Origin: Cenarchaeum sp.
Lineage (GTDB): Archaea > Thermoproteota > Nitrososphaeria > Nitrososphaerales > Nitrosopumilaceae
Assembly (NCBI GenBank): GCA_965212015.1
Contig: OZ243037.1
Coordinates: forward strand, 896,001 to 960,000
Length of the DNA stretch: 64,000 nt
Direction: 5' to 3'
Shown piece after piece: positions 1 to 10,070 of the stretch; positions within the stretch are counted from its first letter, which is position 1, and every line of letters starts with the position of its first letter. The notes under the pieces were generated by a model. The model was not told the DNA's origin and made no database searches. It saw only the letters and a program-made list of their open reading frames with translations. Position numbers and translations under genes: made by a program.

Positions 1-1271
1 GCCGCACGCATTGTGGCATTTGTGAGACCGTATTGTGATCGATGTCCTTCATCCACCAAAACAAAACAGGATTCATCGGACACAGGATGAGGTTTCTCAT
101 CTTTAAAGAATGGAAATTTAAATACCGTACTCATTATGGTTTTTCCTCTATTGTTTTCTATCATTTCTTTTAGATTGTCCCGATCTTTAGCTCGAACTGG
201 GGTTGGAAATCCACATGATTTGAAAGTGTTATGAATTTGTTTATCTAGTTGTTTTCTATCTGTTACGATCAACACTGTGGGATTTTCATATAATCGTTTT
301 AATTTTAATGCCAACCAAAACATAGTAAGTGATTTTCCAGAGCCTTGAGTATGCCAGATCACACCGCCTCTTTCAACCGGAATTTTTCCTGTATCTATCC
401 TTCGAATTGTTTTTTGTACAGCTCTGAACTGCTGATATTTAGCAATTTTCTTGGTTTTTTCACCTTCTTCTATTTGGAAAACAGTAAAACTTTTTACCAA
501 TTCCAATAAGTTTTTTTTTGTAAGCATTCCATCGATTAAGATTTCTTGCTGTCGTGATCTATTCTTTTGTTTGATATTTTCTAACGGATATGAATCTTTC
601 CATTCTCTGTAGTTGTGAGATGATGCAAAGGTTGGAGCATATCTTGCCTTAAGTCCACATGTTGCAACTAGGATTTGTACATAGTAAAATAGACTCTCAT
701 ATCCTGTTTTAGGCTGCTGATATCGATACAGATTGTTGTTTATCGCCTCACTAAGTGGATTTGATATATATGGTGATTTGCATTCTATTACCACTAATGG
801 TATTCCATTAACAAATATTACAATATCTGGAAGTATGTCATTTTTGTACCCTTTGAGGAAGTATTGATTTGTTACAAAAAAGTCATTTTTTTCGATCTTT
901 TCAAAATCAATAATTTTTACAGTACGTGGCTTGTTGCCATCACCAAGGTTTTGCATTACAGTGATTGGTCGTAATCGGCCTGTAGAGAGCCCTATTATTC
1001 TTGCATGTATTATTTCATTTGCGTCAATCGCAATATTGCTATCAAATTTTTTAAATTCTCTTACAACATCGTCAATTCCCTGATCATCGATCCAGGGATT
1101 TAGACGTAATATTGCCTTCTCAAATCTATCAATTAAGAGGGGCTCTAGATCAGACTTGCGTGTTTTGTCCAATTCTGACCTAGTTTTATATTCAAATCCA
1201 AGCTGTTTTAGCTGCTCTATTGCAGGCATTTCTGATTGTTCCTTTTCAGGACCATGTTCTTGTACACTCAT
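1..1271 (-). CDS. hsdR: Type I restriction enzyme R subunit (5' part; runs off window start)
   Basis: Not in ORF track. Manual translation MSVQEHGPEKEQSEMPAIEQLKQL..., with GGVIWHTQGSGKS (Walker A) and LVDEGHRSQY (DEAH-type). ATG overlaps the hsdS stop (ATGA). Confidence 0.93.
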   Translation of the reverse strand, partial: MSVQEHGPEKEQSEMPAIEQLKQLGFEYKTRSELDKTRKSDLEPLLIDRFEKAILRLNPWIDDQGIDDVVREFKKFDSNIAIDANEIIHARIIGLSTGRLRPITVMQNLGDGNKPRTVKIIDFEKIEKNDFFVTNQYFLKGYKNDILPDIVIFVNGIPLVVIECKSPYISNPLSEAINNNLYRYQQPKTGYESLFYYVQILVATCGLKARYAPTFASSHNYREWKDSYPLENIKQKNRSRQQEILIDGMLTKKNLLELVKSFTVFQIEEGEKTKKIAKYQQFRAVQKTIRRIDTGKIPVERGGVIWHTQGSGKSLTMFWLALKLKRLYENPTVLIVTDRKQLDKQIHNTFKSCGFPTPVRAKDRDNLKEMIENNRGKTIMSTVFKFPFFKDEKPHPVSDESCFVLVDEGHRSQYGLTNATMRA

Positions 1272-2458
1272 GTCTTTACACGTATCTTCCCAGTTAGAAG
1301 GTTTTGCATAAGTCCTTTTTTTAAACGTTCGAGTTTTTCTTTATATACTTGATTTTTTTGAATGTACGCATCAACTCCTGACAGAATTGATGCAATTTTT
1401 TGTTGTTCTTTAATGTTTTTAGGAACTTTTATTTTAAAAGAATGTAGATGATTTCTATTTAATGTAGGAACACTAGTTCCTGAATTGAATTTTTCGTAAT
1501 TTAAATTTTGAAGTAAATAAAAAACAAATTTTGGAAATGATGAACGAAATTCTTTTACATATAATGACGTATTCAATGGCCAATAATTTTCTACAACATA
1601 ATATGTTTTTCCTAAAGTGCCACTTCGTCCAATTATTACTCCAGGACCATTAGATTTGTATTTATTATGGTATCCAACAACACCATTTGAACCTATTACT
1701 GGAATTTTACCAATTTTACGTTCATGTTTTGGTAAATCATGACCTCTTTGAAGAAAAATTATAGAATCTAACCTAGAAAATTTAATCAATGAATTTTTAA
1801 TTCCTTTTGTGAGCAGCTGCTGCATCAGACCTTTTTTCAGCCTCTCGGTCTTTTCGATTATTCCTTGTGTGGATTCGATCAATGCATCAACATTAGAAAG
1901 AATTGATGCAATTTTTTGTTGTTCTGTAATATTGGGAATCGGAAGAATAATTTTTTTAACACTATTTAAATCTAAATGTAACACTGTGGTTCCAGCACTA
2001 AAAGAAAATGAACTTTTGTGAAAAAATTCACTAGAAAATAAATAAAATAGAAATTTTTTATATATTAATTTGGTGTTTATTTTACAATGAGCTGTATCCA
2101 TAGAATGAAAAACTTTCTTTATATTATGAAAATTTGGTATTATTAATGGAAATCCAATTACATTACCATCACGAGTTACATCAGTGATTGAGATCAGGAT
2201 TTCGTTTGTAGCTATTGAACATTTATTTGTCTTGCCAGTGAAATATATGATACCTTTATCTACAAATCCTCCTAATTTTTGAAAGCAATTGAGATTAATG
2301 AGAATATTGCCAATTTTTTCTGAATTGATTTCTTGGCTGCTGTAGCTTATTCCTCGAATTAATTCCATTAATTGATCGAGTTGAATAGTGTCATATTCCT
2401 CTGGGATTTTAATTTCCAAAAATCGTGGTTTAAGAACTAATTTCTTGAATTTTGCCAT
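1268..2458 (-). CDS. hsdS: Type I RM specificity subunit, two TRDs
   Basis: Two TRDs, each followed by EQQKIASILS...KKGLMQ.LLT conserved helices; ends GKIRVKT. Confidence 0.95.
   Translation of the reverse strand: MAKFKKLVLKPRFLEIKIPEEYDTIQLDQLMELIRGISYSSQEINSEKIGNILINLNCFQKLGGFVDKGIIYFTGKTNKCSIATNEILISITDVTRDGNVIGFPLIIPNFHNIKKVFHSMDTAHCKINTKLIYKKFLFYLFSSEFFHKSSFSFSAGTTVLHLDLNSVKKIILPIPNITEQQKIASILSNVDALIESTQGIIEKTERLKKGLMQQLLTKGIKNSLIKFSRLDSIIFLQRGHDLPKHERKIGKIPVIGSNGVVGYHNKYKSNGPGVIIGRSGTLGKTYYVVENYWPLNTSLYVKEFRSSFPKFVFYLLQNLNYEKFNSGTSVPTLNRNHLHSFKIKVPKNIKEQQKIASILSGVDAYIQKNQVYKEKLERLKKGLMQNLLTGKIRVKT
1367..1394 (-). repeat. dif-like dyad site A (TGCATCAATTC-TGTCAG-GAGTTGATGCG on minus strand)
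   Basis: Part of a 44-bp inverted repeat 1368-1411 / 4521-4564 with one mismatch; 11-bp arms, 6-bp spacer. Confidence 0.8.
1883..1910 (-). repeat. Variant dyad site B in hsdS central conserved region (spacer TTTCTA)
   Basis: Same arm cores TGCATCAA/TTGATGCA with a different spacer; 27 bp (1899-1925) identical to 1383-1409. Confidence 0.65.
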
Positions 2459-2514
2459 ATTTCCACCTTGTAGTCAGCACAACCCCTATAAATCAGTTAA
2501 AAATATAATGGTTG
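2459..2514. promoter_or_regulatory. Short divergent promoter region hsdS<- ->hsdM
   Basis: ~55-bp gap between divergent starts, with TATA-like TTTATA (minus) and TATAAAT/AATATAA (plus). Confidence 0.5.
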
Positions 2515-4005
2515 ATGGCCGAAAAGCTGACCTTTAATAAGCTAAAAAATCACTATTGGGACGCGTCTGATATCTTAAGAGGCGGTCTTGATGCGAGTGA
2601 ATATCGTCAGCCAATAATGACACTATTATTTCTAAAAAGATTAAATGATCAATTTCAGGAAAAAGCTGAAAAGCTGGAAAAAGAAGGTAAACCAAAAAAA
2701 ATAGCTTATGAAGATACTGACTACCACACATTTTTTGTGCCAAAAGCATCAAGATGGAATGTATTATCAAAGGCTTTTGAAAATATTGGTGAAAAAATAG
2801 ACAAAGCTTCTGTTGCATTAGAGCGCGCCAATCATTCACAGCTTGAAGGCGTTTTAACCAATATATCATATAATGATAAGAAAAAATATTCTGATGAAGA
2901 TCTTTTAAAACTTGTAAGTCATTTCAGTAAATACAGATTAAGAAATTCAGATATTGAAAATGAAGATATTTTTGGTCAGGCTTATGAATATCTCTTAGAG
3001 CAATTTGCTGATTCAGCTGGGAAAAAAGCTGGTGAATTTTTTACCCCACGAGAAGTGGTAGAATTATTGGTAAAGATTTTGGCACCTACAGAAAAAATGT
3101 CGATTTGTGATCCTACATGTGGTTCAGGTGGGATGTTAATCTGGTCTAGGCAATATGTACAAGAACACAAAGGAAATCCAAAAAATCTTTCATTGTATGG
3201 ACAAGAGAGAAATTTTGGAAATTATGGGATGTGTAAAATGAATATGATCCTGCACGGTATTGAAAATTTTAAAATTAAACAAGGAAATACCTTATCAAAT
3301 CCACTTTTTGTAAAAGGTGGAAAATTACAAGAATTTGACAGAGTTGTAGCTAATTTTCCTTTTAGTATGGATTGGAATAATACACAAGCTGCACAAGATA
3401 GATATAATAGATTTGAATTTGGAATTCCTCCATCTAAAGGAAAAGCAGATTTTGCATTCATTCAACACATGTATTCATCACTTAACAAGAAAGGTAAAGC
3501 CACAATTGTCTGCTCACAAGGTATTTTATTTAGAGGAAATATAGAAGGTAAGATTCGTGAAAATTTTATTAAAAATGATATAATTGAAGCAATAATTGCA
3601 TTACCGGCTAATTTGTTTTTTGGGACAGGAATTCCAGCATGTGTTTTAGTTCTAAATAAAGCAAAACCTGAGAAAAGAAAAAACAAGATTTTATTCATTT
3701 ATGCTGCAAAAGATTTTCTTGATTTAAAAAAACGTGATATTCTTAGAGATGAAGATATTAAAAAGATAATTTCATCATATGAAAAATTCAAGGATATAGA
3801 AAAATATTGCCATATCGCTGATTTAGATGAAATAAAAGAAAATGAATTTAATCTAAATGTGCCAAGATATGTGGATATTTCTGAGCCAGAAGAACAAATT
3901 GATGTCCAGGATGCATATAATGAATTAAAAAAATCATTTAAAGAACAAAATATACTTAAAAAATCTATAGAGGTAGATCTAAAGGAATTGAATATTAAAC
4001 TTTGA
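2515..4005 (+). CDS. hsdM: Type I RM N6-adenine methyltransferase
   Basis: GEFFTPREVV, DPTCGSGG (motif I), ANFPF (motif IV variant), FNLNVPRY. Confidence 0.96.
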   Translation: MAEKLTFNKLKNHYWDASDILRGGLDASEYRQPIMTLLFLKRLNDQFQEKAEKLEKEGKPKKIAYEDTDYHTFFVPKASRWNVLSKAFENIGEKIDKASVALERANHSQLEGVLTNISYNDKKKYSDEDLLKLVSHFSKYRLRNSDIENEDIFGQAYEYLLEQFADSAGKKAGEFFTPREVVELLVKILAPTEKMSICDPTCGSGGMLIWSRQYVQEHKGNPKNLSLYGQERNFGNYGMCKMNMILHGIENFKIKQGNTLSNPLFVKGGKLQEFDRVVANFPFSMDWNNTQAAQDRYNRFEFGIPPSKGKADFAFIQHMYSSLNKKGKATIVCSQGILFRGNIEGKIRENFIKNDIIEAIIALPANLFFGTGIPACVLVLNKAKPEKRKNKILFIYAAKDFLDLKKRDILRDEDIKKIISSYEKFKDIEKYCHIADLDEIKENEFNLNVPRYVDISEPEEQIDVQDAYNELKKSFKEQNILKKSIEVDLKELNIKL

Positions 4006-4682
4006 ATGATATTTTAGAACCTAAAGCAAAATATAAGAAAGTACAAAACTTTTTTAAAAAATATTTTATTATACCAATTGATTGGGAATATCCAAAATTT
4101 GCTTCAGTAATATATGTAAATCCAAAAACTAAAATATTTTCAAAAACTGCACCATATGTTCCAATGGATGCTGTAAACACTAATTGTAGAATGGTAGATT
4201 ATTATGAGAATAGGAATGTATCAGATCATTCAAATTTATCAAAATTTATAGAACATGATATATTATTTGCTAGAATTACTCCTAGTACTGAAAATGGAAA
4301 AACTGCTTTCATTGAGAATTTTAAACATGTTGGTATTGCATCATCTGAATTAACTATTTTACGACCTACAAAAAAAATTATTCCACAATATTTATATTAT
4401 TACATAAAATCACACAGGATCAGATCATTTGCTATTTCACAAATGCTGGGCACCACAAATCGCCAGAGAGTTCCAGAATATGTTTTTGAAAAAGATCTGA
4501 ATTTTGAATTGCCATCTATCAAAGAACAGCAAAAAATTGCATCAATTCTGTCAGGAGTTGATGCATATAAAAAAATTATATATATCATAATATTGAATAT
4601 TTTATATATAAAATTAGCAATATATTTGATAATGTTCACTGCTGATGTATTTAGATTTGGATCTAATCAAATACATTATTAA
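4002..4682 (+). CDS. hsdS: Half-size HsdS (one TRD); conserved C-terminal helix replaced by a hydrophobic AT-rich tail
   Basis: IPIDWE start motif, single TRD, EQQKIASILSGVDA; similarity to the other hsdS stops at the dyad site. TTG start overlaps hsdM stop. Confidence 0.85.
   Translation: MNDILEPKAKYKKVQNFFKKYFIIPIDWEYPKFASVIYVNPKTKIFSKTAPYVPMDAVNTNCRMVDYYENRNVSDHSNLSKFIEHDILFARITPSTENGKTAFIENFKHVGIASSELTILRPTKKIIPQYLYYYIKSHRIRSFAISQMLGTTNRQRVPEYVFEKDLNFELPSIKEQQKIASILSGVDAYKKIIYIIILNILYIKLAIYLIMFTADVFRFGSNQIHY
4538..4565 (+). repeat. dif-like dyad site C (TGCATCAATTC-TGTCAG-GAGTTGATGCA)
   Basis: Arms are 10/11 self-complementary; spacer identical to site A and in inverted orientation. Confidence 0.8.
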
Positions 4683-4750
4683 ATCTACTTACAAAAAACA
4701 CCATATTCATAAACACATATGTAAAAATAGTTATCATACAAGCAACATAC

Positions 4751-5662
4751 ATGATAATAGCCAAGCAGAGAAGCACCAAATTATTTGAGGAATCCATAAA
4801 ATCAAAATATACAAAAAGAAACTGCAATAATAATCTAAGACAATTTCAGAAATTCGTCATCAGATATACATCAAAAGATCTGTCAGATATCAATGTTGAA
4901 AATCTACAGAATTTACTGGAGGACTATATCATCGAGCTAAAACATACTTCACATCCAAACTCCATACCGTCAAAATTCCAGGGAATAAAGCATTTTTGTG
5001 TAATGAACCGAATCAATCTCAACTGGGACATCATACACAAGATGTTCCCCCAGAAACAAAAAACACAAAATTTGAGATCCTATACCTCAAAAGAGGTCAA
5101 AAGACTATTAGTCGGCACAAAAAGCGTCCGAAATCAAGCCTTGGTTCATTTTCTAGCATCAACCGGCGCAAGAATCGGCGTATTTGACCACGAATTATTA
5201 ATCAAACATATGAAAAGGATGCCCAGCAAATGTTGTGCAGTCAAACTCTACGCCGGAGACATGGAAGAATATTGGTCATTTCTCACTCCTCAGGCAACGA
5301 AGATACTGGATTTGTATCACGAGCAACGTAAGTTAGGCGGAGAATCATTATGTGATGAAACACCCATTTTTGCGACAAGCTTCGGGCAACTTGGATGGAA
5401 TGGTGCAAGATCTGTCGTATATCGAGCCATATCAAAAAGTGGCATTGACAGAAACAAGCGGAATAACCGTTATGACGTACAGGCAGACCATGGCCTCAGA
5501 AAAAGATTCAACACCATACTAAAATTGGACAATTCTATAAACTATAACATTGCAGAAAAGCTTATGGGCCACAAGAACGGTCTAGATGGAATATACCTGA
5601 CACCCACAATTGACGAATTATTTGCAGAATTCAAAATAGTCGCACACAAATTGGAGATCTGA
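4751..5662 (+). CDS. Tyrosine recombinase/integrase
   Basis: STGARIG (R), HGLRKRF (HxxR), LMGH and downstream Tyr (GIYL). Confidence 0.92.
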   Translation: MIIAKQRSTKLFEESIKSKYTKRNCNNNLRQFQKFVIRYTSKDLSDINVENLQNLLEDYIIELKHTSHPNSIPSKFQGIKHFCVMNRINLNWDIIHKMFPQKQKTQNLRSYTSKEVKRLLVGTKSVRNQALVHFLASTGARIGVFDHELLIKHMKRMPSKCCAVKLYAGDMEEYWSFLTPQATKILDLYHEQRKLGGESLCDETPIFATSFGQLGWNGARSVVYRAISKSGIDRNKRNNRYDVQADHGLRKRFNTILKLDNSINYNIAEKLMGHKNGLDGIYLTPTIDELFAEFKIVAHKLEI

Positions 5663-5831
5663 GTGATTATTCTTGTGTGCCCAAATGGATAATAATCCCA
5701 AATGGCGATTAGTCAGCAAATAGCATCAAATCTCCTACAATGATCGGCAATTCCAACAATCAATCTAACTTATCAATGAAAGACAGCGATAGCTTTATAG
5801 AATCCTCACCGCTAGTATCATAATTCCAATC

Positions 5832-8135
5832 TTGACAATTCCAGTATGGCAGATGATTCGTGAGGCAATAGATGCCCTTGGAGGTACTGCAACCAATAGT
5901 AAAATTCGGGATTACATAAATTCCAAGTATAAAGGAGTCAATCAAGGAACTATTAATTGCCAAATTATCTCTTGTACCGTAAACAGGGCATCCAGGGTAC
6001 GTTTTCCAAAAAATTTCAAACCCAGAAAAGCAGACACAGAATATGATTTTTTGTATTCTGTAGGGAGAAGCAAAGTGATTCTTTACAAGCCAGAGATACA
6101 TGGAGATTACGAGATAGCAATACATGATGGAAAACCAAAAGTTTTGACCAACGGAGGAATCATTGATAACAGCATAGAATGCGCTCTCTTAGAATTTATT
6201 CAAAACGAGATGGAAATGGATACAAATTATCAACCCATAATCATAAAGACTTTGTTGGAAAGTGGGAATGAAAACAGATTTGAGTCCGACAAGGAATTAA
6301 TCCAAGAAAAACTTCAGGAATTAAACTTTGAGAAGCAATTTGATTTTGATAATATGTTGGAATCCATAAGAAAAGATCTAAATGGATTTGTTACCTTTGG
6401 TAACAGAATTATAGGTTTACATTTTGATCAATTTTCATCCAAAGACATACCGGAATGTTTGAAAGCATGTGGACAAAAAATCGCACAATGGCATATGGAT
6501 AATTATCAAATAGACATGTGGTCAATGCTGCCTGGCAGAACAAGGGAAAATTATCCATTTTTGGATGAATTTTTACAAACCAATTCAATTGGTGTCGGAT
6601 GGAATCGAATCAAGGATATTTCTGATCTCACAAAAAACCAAATACTCAAAGAGTTTAATAGACGATATCCTGAGGAAGACAGTGCAAGCTTTAGCGATTT
6701 TACAAGAATAGACAAAAAAGATCTGATTGTACTGACCAGAGGACAAAAGGAGATTGTAGACTATGGGATTGTCACCGGTGATTACCACTATGAATCCAAA
6801 AGCCCCTCATATACACACAGAAAGAAGATTGTCTGGCTAAAACGAGGTCCTGTCTTGCCAAAAGAGTTACCAAACCCCACTTTGGAAGGATTTATGCGCA
6901 CATGCATTAAAGTCTTAAAGCGGAGAGAAGAGCTGATTCAGGTATTGCTTGAAAAACACACAGTTAATAATATAGTTCCTGCCGATAATTATACAGTGGA
7001 GCAAAAGCTAGAAAAAATACTAGATCTGAAAAAACAGTTGATTCTGTACGGCCCTCCTGGAACTGGAAAAACATACCATGCCATGCGTCTTGCACAGCAT
7101 TTAATCAGAAATAACTCTTCGAGACAGGCTCTGACTTTTAGATCCGCCACAATACAGGTTCTCAAAGAAACTGGTAAACCTATGCATTACAAAGACATTT
7201 ATCAAAAAATCAAAGATCAGAATTTGATTCAAAGTGCAGGTCAGACGCCAAGAGATACCATGCGAGCAATAATATACAGGGATATAAAACACAAGGGATC
7301 AGATTCAATCTTTAAAAAAACTGACAACGGAACATATGAATTAAATCAAGATTCACAAGAATATGAAATCAAATTCAGTGATGAAATTCCAGATGATCAG
7401 CCAAAATTCATTCGTAGCGTGACATTTCACCAATCATATTCCTACGAGGATTTTATCGAGGGCATAAGGCCTACTGCAATCAATAATCAGATATCCTACG
7501 ATCTAGAAGACGGTATTTTCAAACAGATTTCCGAGGAAGCTCGGGCCGATCCCTTGAACAAATATGTGCTGGTAATAGACGAAATCAATAGAGGAAACAT
7601 CTCCAAGATCTTCGGCGAGCTGATTACATCGATTGAAAAGGACAAACGGGAAAACCACACACTACAACTGGCCTACTCGAAGGAAGAATTTACAGTCCCA
7701 AAAAACCTATTCATCATAGGTACGATGAACACTGCAGATCGCAGCCTGATTCAAATTGACACAGCACTGAGGCGACGATTCTCATTTCATGAATTAATGC
7801 CAGAACCTGAATTATTGAGTCAAATAATCGAGGGGATTCCTGTGAGGGATATTTTGACCATGCTCAATCAGCGAATCAAACAGGAGGGACTACGTGAGCG
7901 GCAAATAGGTCATTCATATTTCATGAGCATATCAGATCTAGATGGACTACAGTTTACCTTTGCCCACGACATTGTGCCACTGCTCCAGGATTATTTCTTT
8001 GATGACTATAAAAAACTGGAAAATGACATTCTAAGCAGTGATTTTGTTGATTCCGACAATATGAAAATCAAAACGGACTGGCATGATGATCCGCAAAAAT
8101 TCCTAGAAATTCTAAAAAATATTCTCCAACAATGA
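5832..8135 (+). CDS. mcrB: McrB-like AAA+ GTPase with multiple putative DNA-reader domains
   Basis: GPPGTGKT, VTFHQSYSYEDFIEG, IDEINRGN, MNTADRS, ALRRRF. Confidence 0.93.
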   Translation: MTIPVWQMIREAIDALGGTATNSKIRDYINSKYKGVNQGTINCQIISCTVNRASRVRFPKNFKPRKADTEYDFLYSVGRSKVILYKPEIHGDYEIAIHDGKPKVLTNGGIIDNSIECALLEFIQNEMEMDTNYQPIIIKTLLESGNENRFESDKELIQEKLQELNFEKQFDFDNMLESIRKDLNGFVTFGNRIIGLHFDQFSSKDIPECLKACGQKIAQWHMDNYQIDMWSMLPGRTRENYPFLDEFLQTNSIGVGWNRIKDISDLTKNQILKEFNRRYPEEDSASFSDFTRIDKKDLIVLTRGQKEIVDYGIVTGDYHYESKSPSYTHRKKIVWLKRGPVLPKELPNPTLEGFMRTCIKVLKRREELIQVLLEKHTVNNIVPADNYTVEQKLEKILDLKKQLILYGPPGTGKTYHAMRLAQHLIRNNSSRQALTFRSATIQVLKETGKPMHYKDIYQKIKDQNLIQSAGQTPRDTMRAIIYRDIKHKGSDSIFKKTDNGTYELNQDSQEYEIKFSDEIPDDQPKFIRSVTFHQSYSYEDFIEGIRPTAINNQISYDLEDGIFKQISEEARADPLNKYVLVIDEINRGNISKIFGELITSIEKDKRENHTLQLAYSKEEFTVPKNLFIIGTMNTADRSLIQIDTALRRRFSFHELMPEPELLSQIIEGIPVRDILTMLNQRIKQEGLRERQIGHSYFMSISDLDGLQFTFAHDIVPLLQDYFFDDYKKLENDILSSDFVDSDNMKIKTDWHDDPQKFLEILKNILQQ

Positions 8136-9403
8136 CTGTTATCACTTTAAAAGAATACGAAACATTCCCATCTAATCAAGGAATATCTGATCCAGTGTCT
8201 TTAAAACATATTCGCGGATTGAAGCTTGAGGAACAAGATAAAAAATTAAAAAAAGAACTACAAAAGAATATACTTTCCATCAATGTCGATCCTTTTCAGG
8301 AAGGATTATTGCAGTTTAAGGCATATAGCCACATAGGTGTGGCACAATTTACAAATTTCTCCATCTCTATAACACCTAAATTCTCAGAAATTGGAAAATT
8401 GATTGAACTGATTGACTATGTCTATGATCTTGATCTTGAAATATTCCCAGAAAGTGAATCCAAATTTGAAGGAGAAAGACACATGATATCGGAGATTATC
8501 ATAACCACATTCGTAAAGAAATGCCAAAAGCTGATCCGGCAAGGACTCTTCAAATCATATAATAATCACGAGGATGATCTACCGTTTCTGCGAGGAAAAC
8601 TGCTTGTATCACAGCAAATACGTAATCAGGCCAATACTAAGCTCCAATTTTCATGTAAATATGATGAATTCGAATATAATAATCTGGACAATCAGATCAT
8701 TTTATACTGTTTGAGACGGATCTATTATCTGACCATAAATGAGAAAAGAAAAAAAGAAATCAGAATATTGATTCAAGAATTTTCAGATCTAGTCGATGAT
8801 ATTGGAATTTCATCAGATGACTTTGCTAAAATCAATTACAATCAAATGAATAGCCACTATAAAAAAATCCATGAATTATGTCGTCTGATCATAGGAAATA
8901 TTCAAATTACTAATTTTTACAAACAGAAATTACGCTTTATCAATTCATTTTTTATAGACATGAATATTGTATTTGAAAAATTCATCTTCAAGCTATTTGC
9001 AGAATTTTATCCATTGCATGCCAAAGATCAAGAGAGTGATATTGCTTGGAAGACGGAGAATGAAGGAAAGACTATCCAATCTATTACAGATATTTTAATT
9101 TTTGAAAAGGACCAAAATACCGTACATACTATAATAGATACAAAATATAAAACTGATCTTACAAATGCCGATCGATATCAATTAGAGCATTATATACACG
9201 ATCATAAGAAAACAGAAGCATATGTAATATTGCCCGAATTTAAAGATGCAAAATATAACAGCTATATTGCAACAAGACAGGATATTCAAATCAAAGTCAG
9301 ACATGTCAATATAGACAAAGTATTAGAATATATCAATCTCAAAGATCCAAGATCGAAAAAAGACAAAATCAAGGAATTATTGATAGAAGTTATTCCACTG
9401 TAG
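8132..9403 (+). CDS. mcrC: McrC-like PD-(D/E)XK nuclease
   Basis: ATGA overlap with mcrB; LRGKL, DMNIVFEKF, TDI...IIDTKYK, DRYQL motifs. Confidence 0.9.
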   Translation: MTVITLKEYETFPSNQGISDPVSLKHIRGLKLEEQDKKLKKELQKNILSINVDPFQEGLLQFKAYSHIGVAQFTNFSISITPKFSEIGKLIELIDYVYDLDLEIFPESESKFEGERHMISEIIITTFVKKCQKLIRQGLFKSYNNHEDDLPFLRGKLLVSQQIRNQANTKLQFSCKYDEFEYNNLDNQIILYCLRRIYYLTINEKRKKEIRILIQEFSDLVDDIGISSDDFAKINYNQMNSHYKKIHELCRLIIGNIQITNFYKQKLRFINSFFIDMNIVFEKFIFKLFAEFYPLHAKDQESDIAWKTENEGKTIQSITDILIFEKDQNTVHTIIDTKYKTDLTNADRYQLEHYIHDHKKTEAYVILPEFKDAKYNSYIATRQDIQIKVRHVNIDKVLEYINLKDPRSKKDKIKELLIEVIPL

Positions 9404-10070
9404 AATTCTGCATATCAGATTAAGATCATTCAAAGAACAGATGACCGAAAATTCAACCAAATATCGCAATAGATCGGATAAACAGTGGATTCCTGCCAGT
9501 ATGGCATTTCATTATCCCAACAATGACTTGTCCTCGGGTTTGGGATTTCCTGCCATGTATTCCTTGAAAAGATCGAGCCATCATTTTTTCAGATCAAAGC
9601 GGATGTGCGATCTGAATCAAATTCTTTAATTTGTTTGTTGATAAATTTTTCCACCCATGTGTGATCGGTTTTGTTCTCTTTTTTCATAAGCCTCTGGATT
9701 TTTCTCCAAATGGACCATGATGATCCTGTCCATCCCCAGTATATAATCTCAGGTCTGCCACTCATCAGGTTTTGTGTGGGTCACGAATATTCGCTAGTAC
9801 GCCCAAAAGGCTGTTTTTCGTGATTTTGAGCCAAATCCTCGAAAACACCCACCTGCCCACCAGAGCACAGAATAAGTAGGTTCAAAAGGAATATTTGGCA
9901 CTGTAAGCGTGGAATCTAGCCGTTTATGCCTCCAGCAACCACAATATTTTTATTATGAATGTGTGTATTATAGTCATGGTGAGAATGGATTTGGGCGGCG
10001 GCGGAGTTTCTTAACATAATCGGATATCATTATAACCACCTCTTAAAATAGCCCAACATGTACTGTAAAT

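Noticed and set aside
4751-5662. Provirus integrase
   Set aside because: No viral genes or tRNA att duplication visible here. It cannot be excluded beyond the window start, but the adjacent dyad sites fit an invertase role better.
9404-9960. Gene or IS end after mcrC
   Set aside because: Only short broken frames; no recognisable motif or terminal repeat.
9976-10014. 12-codon ORF MVRMDLGGGGVS as a peptide precursor
   Set aside because: Too short, and no modifying enzymes nearby.
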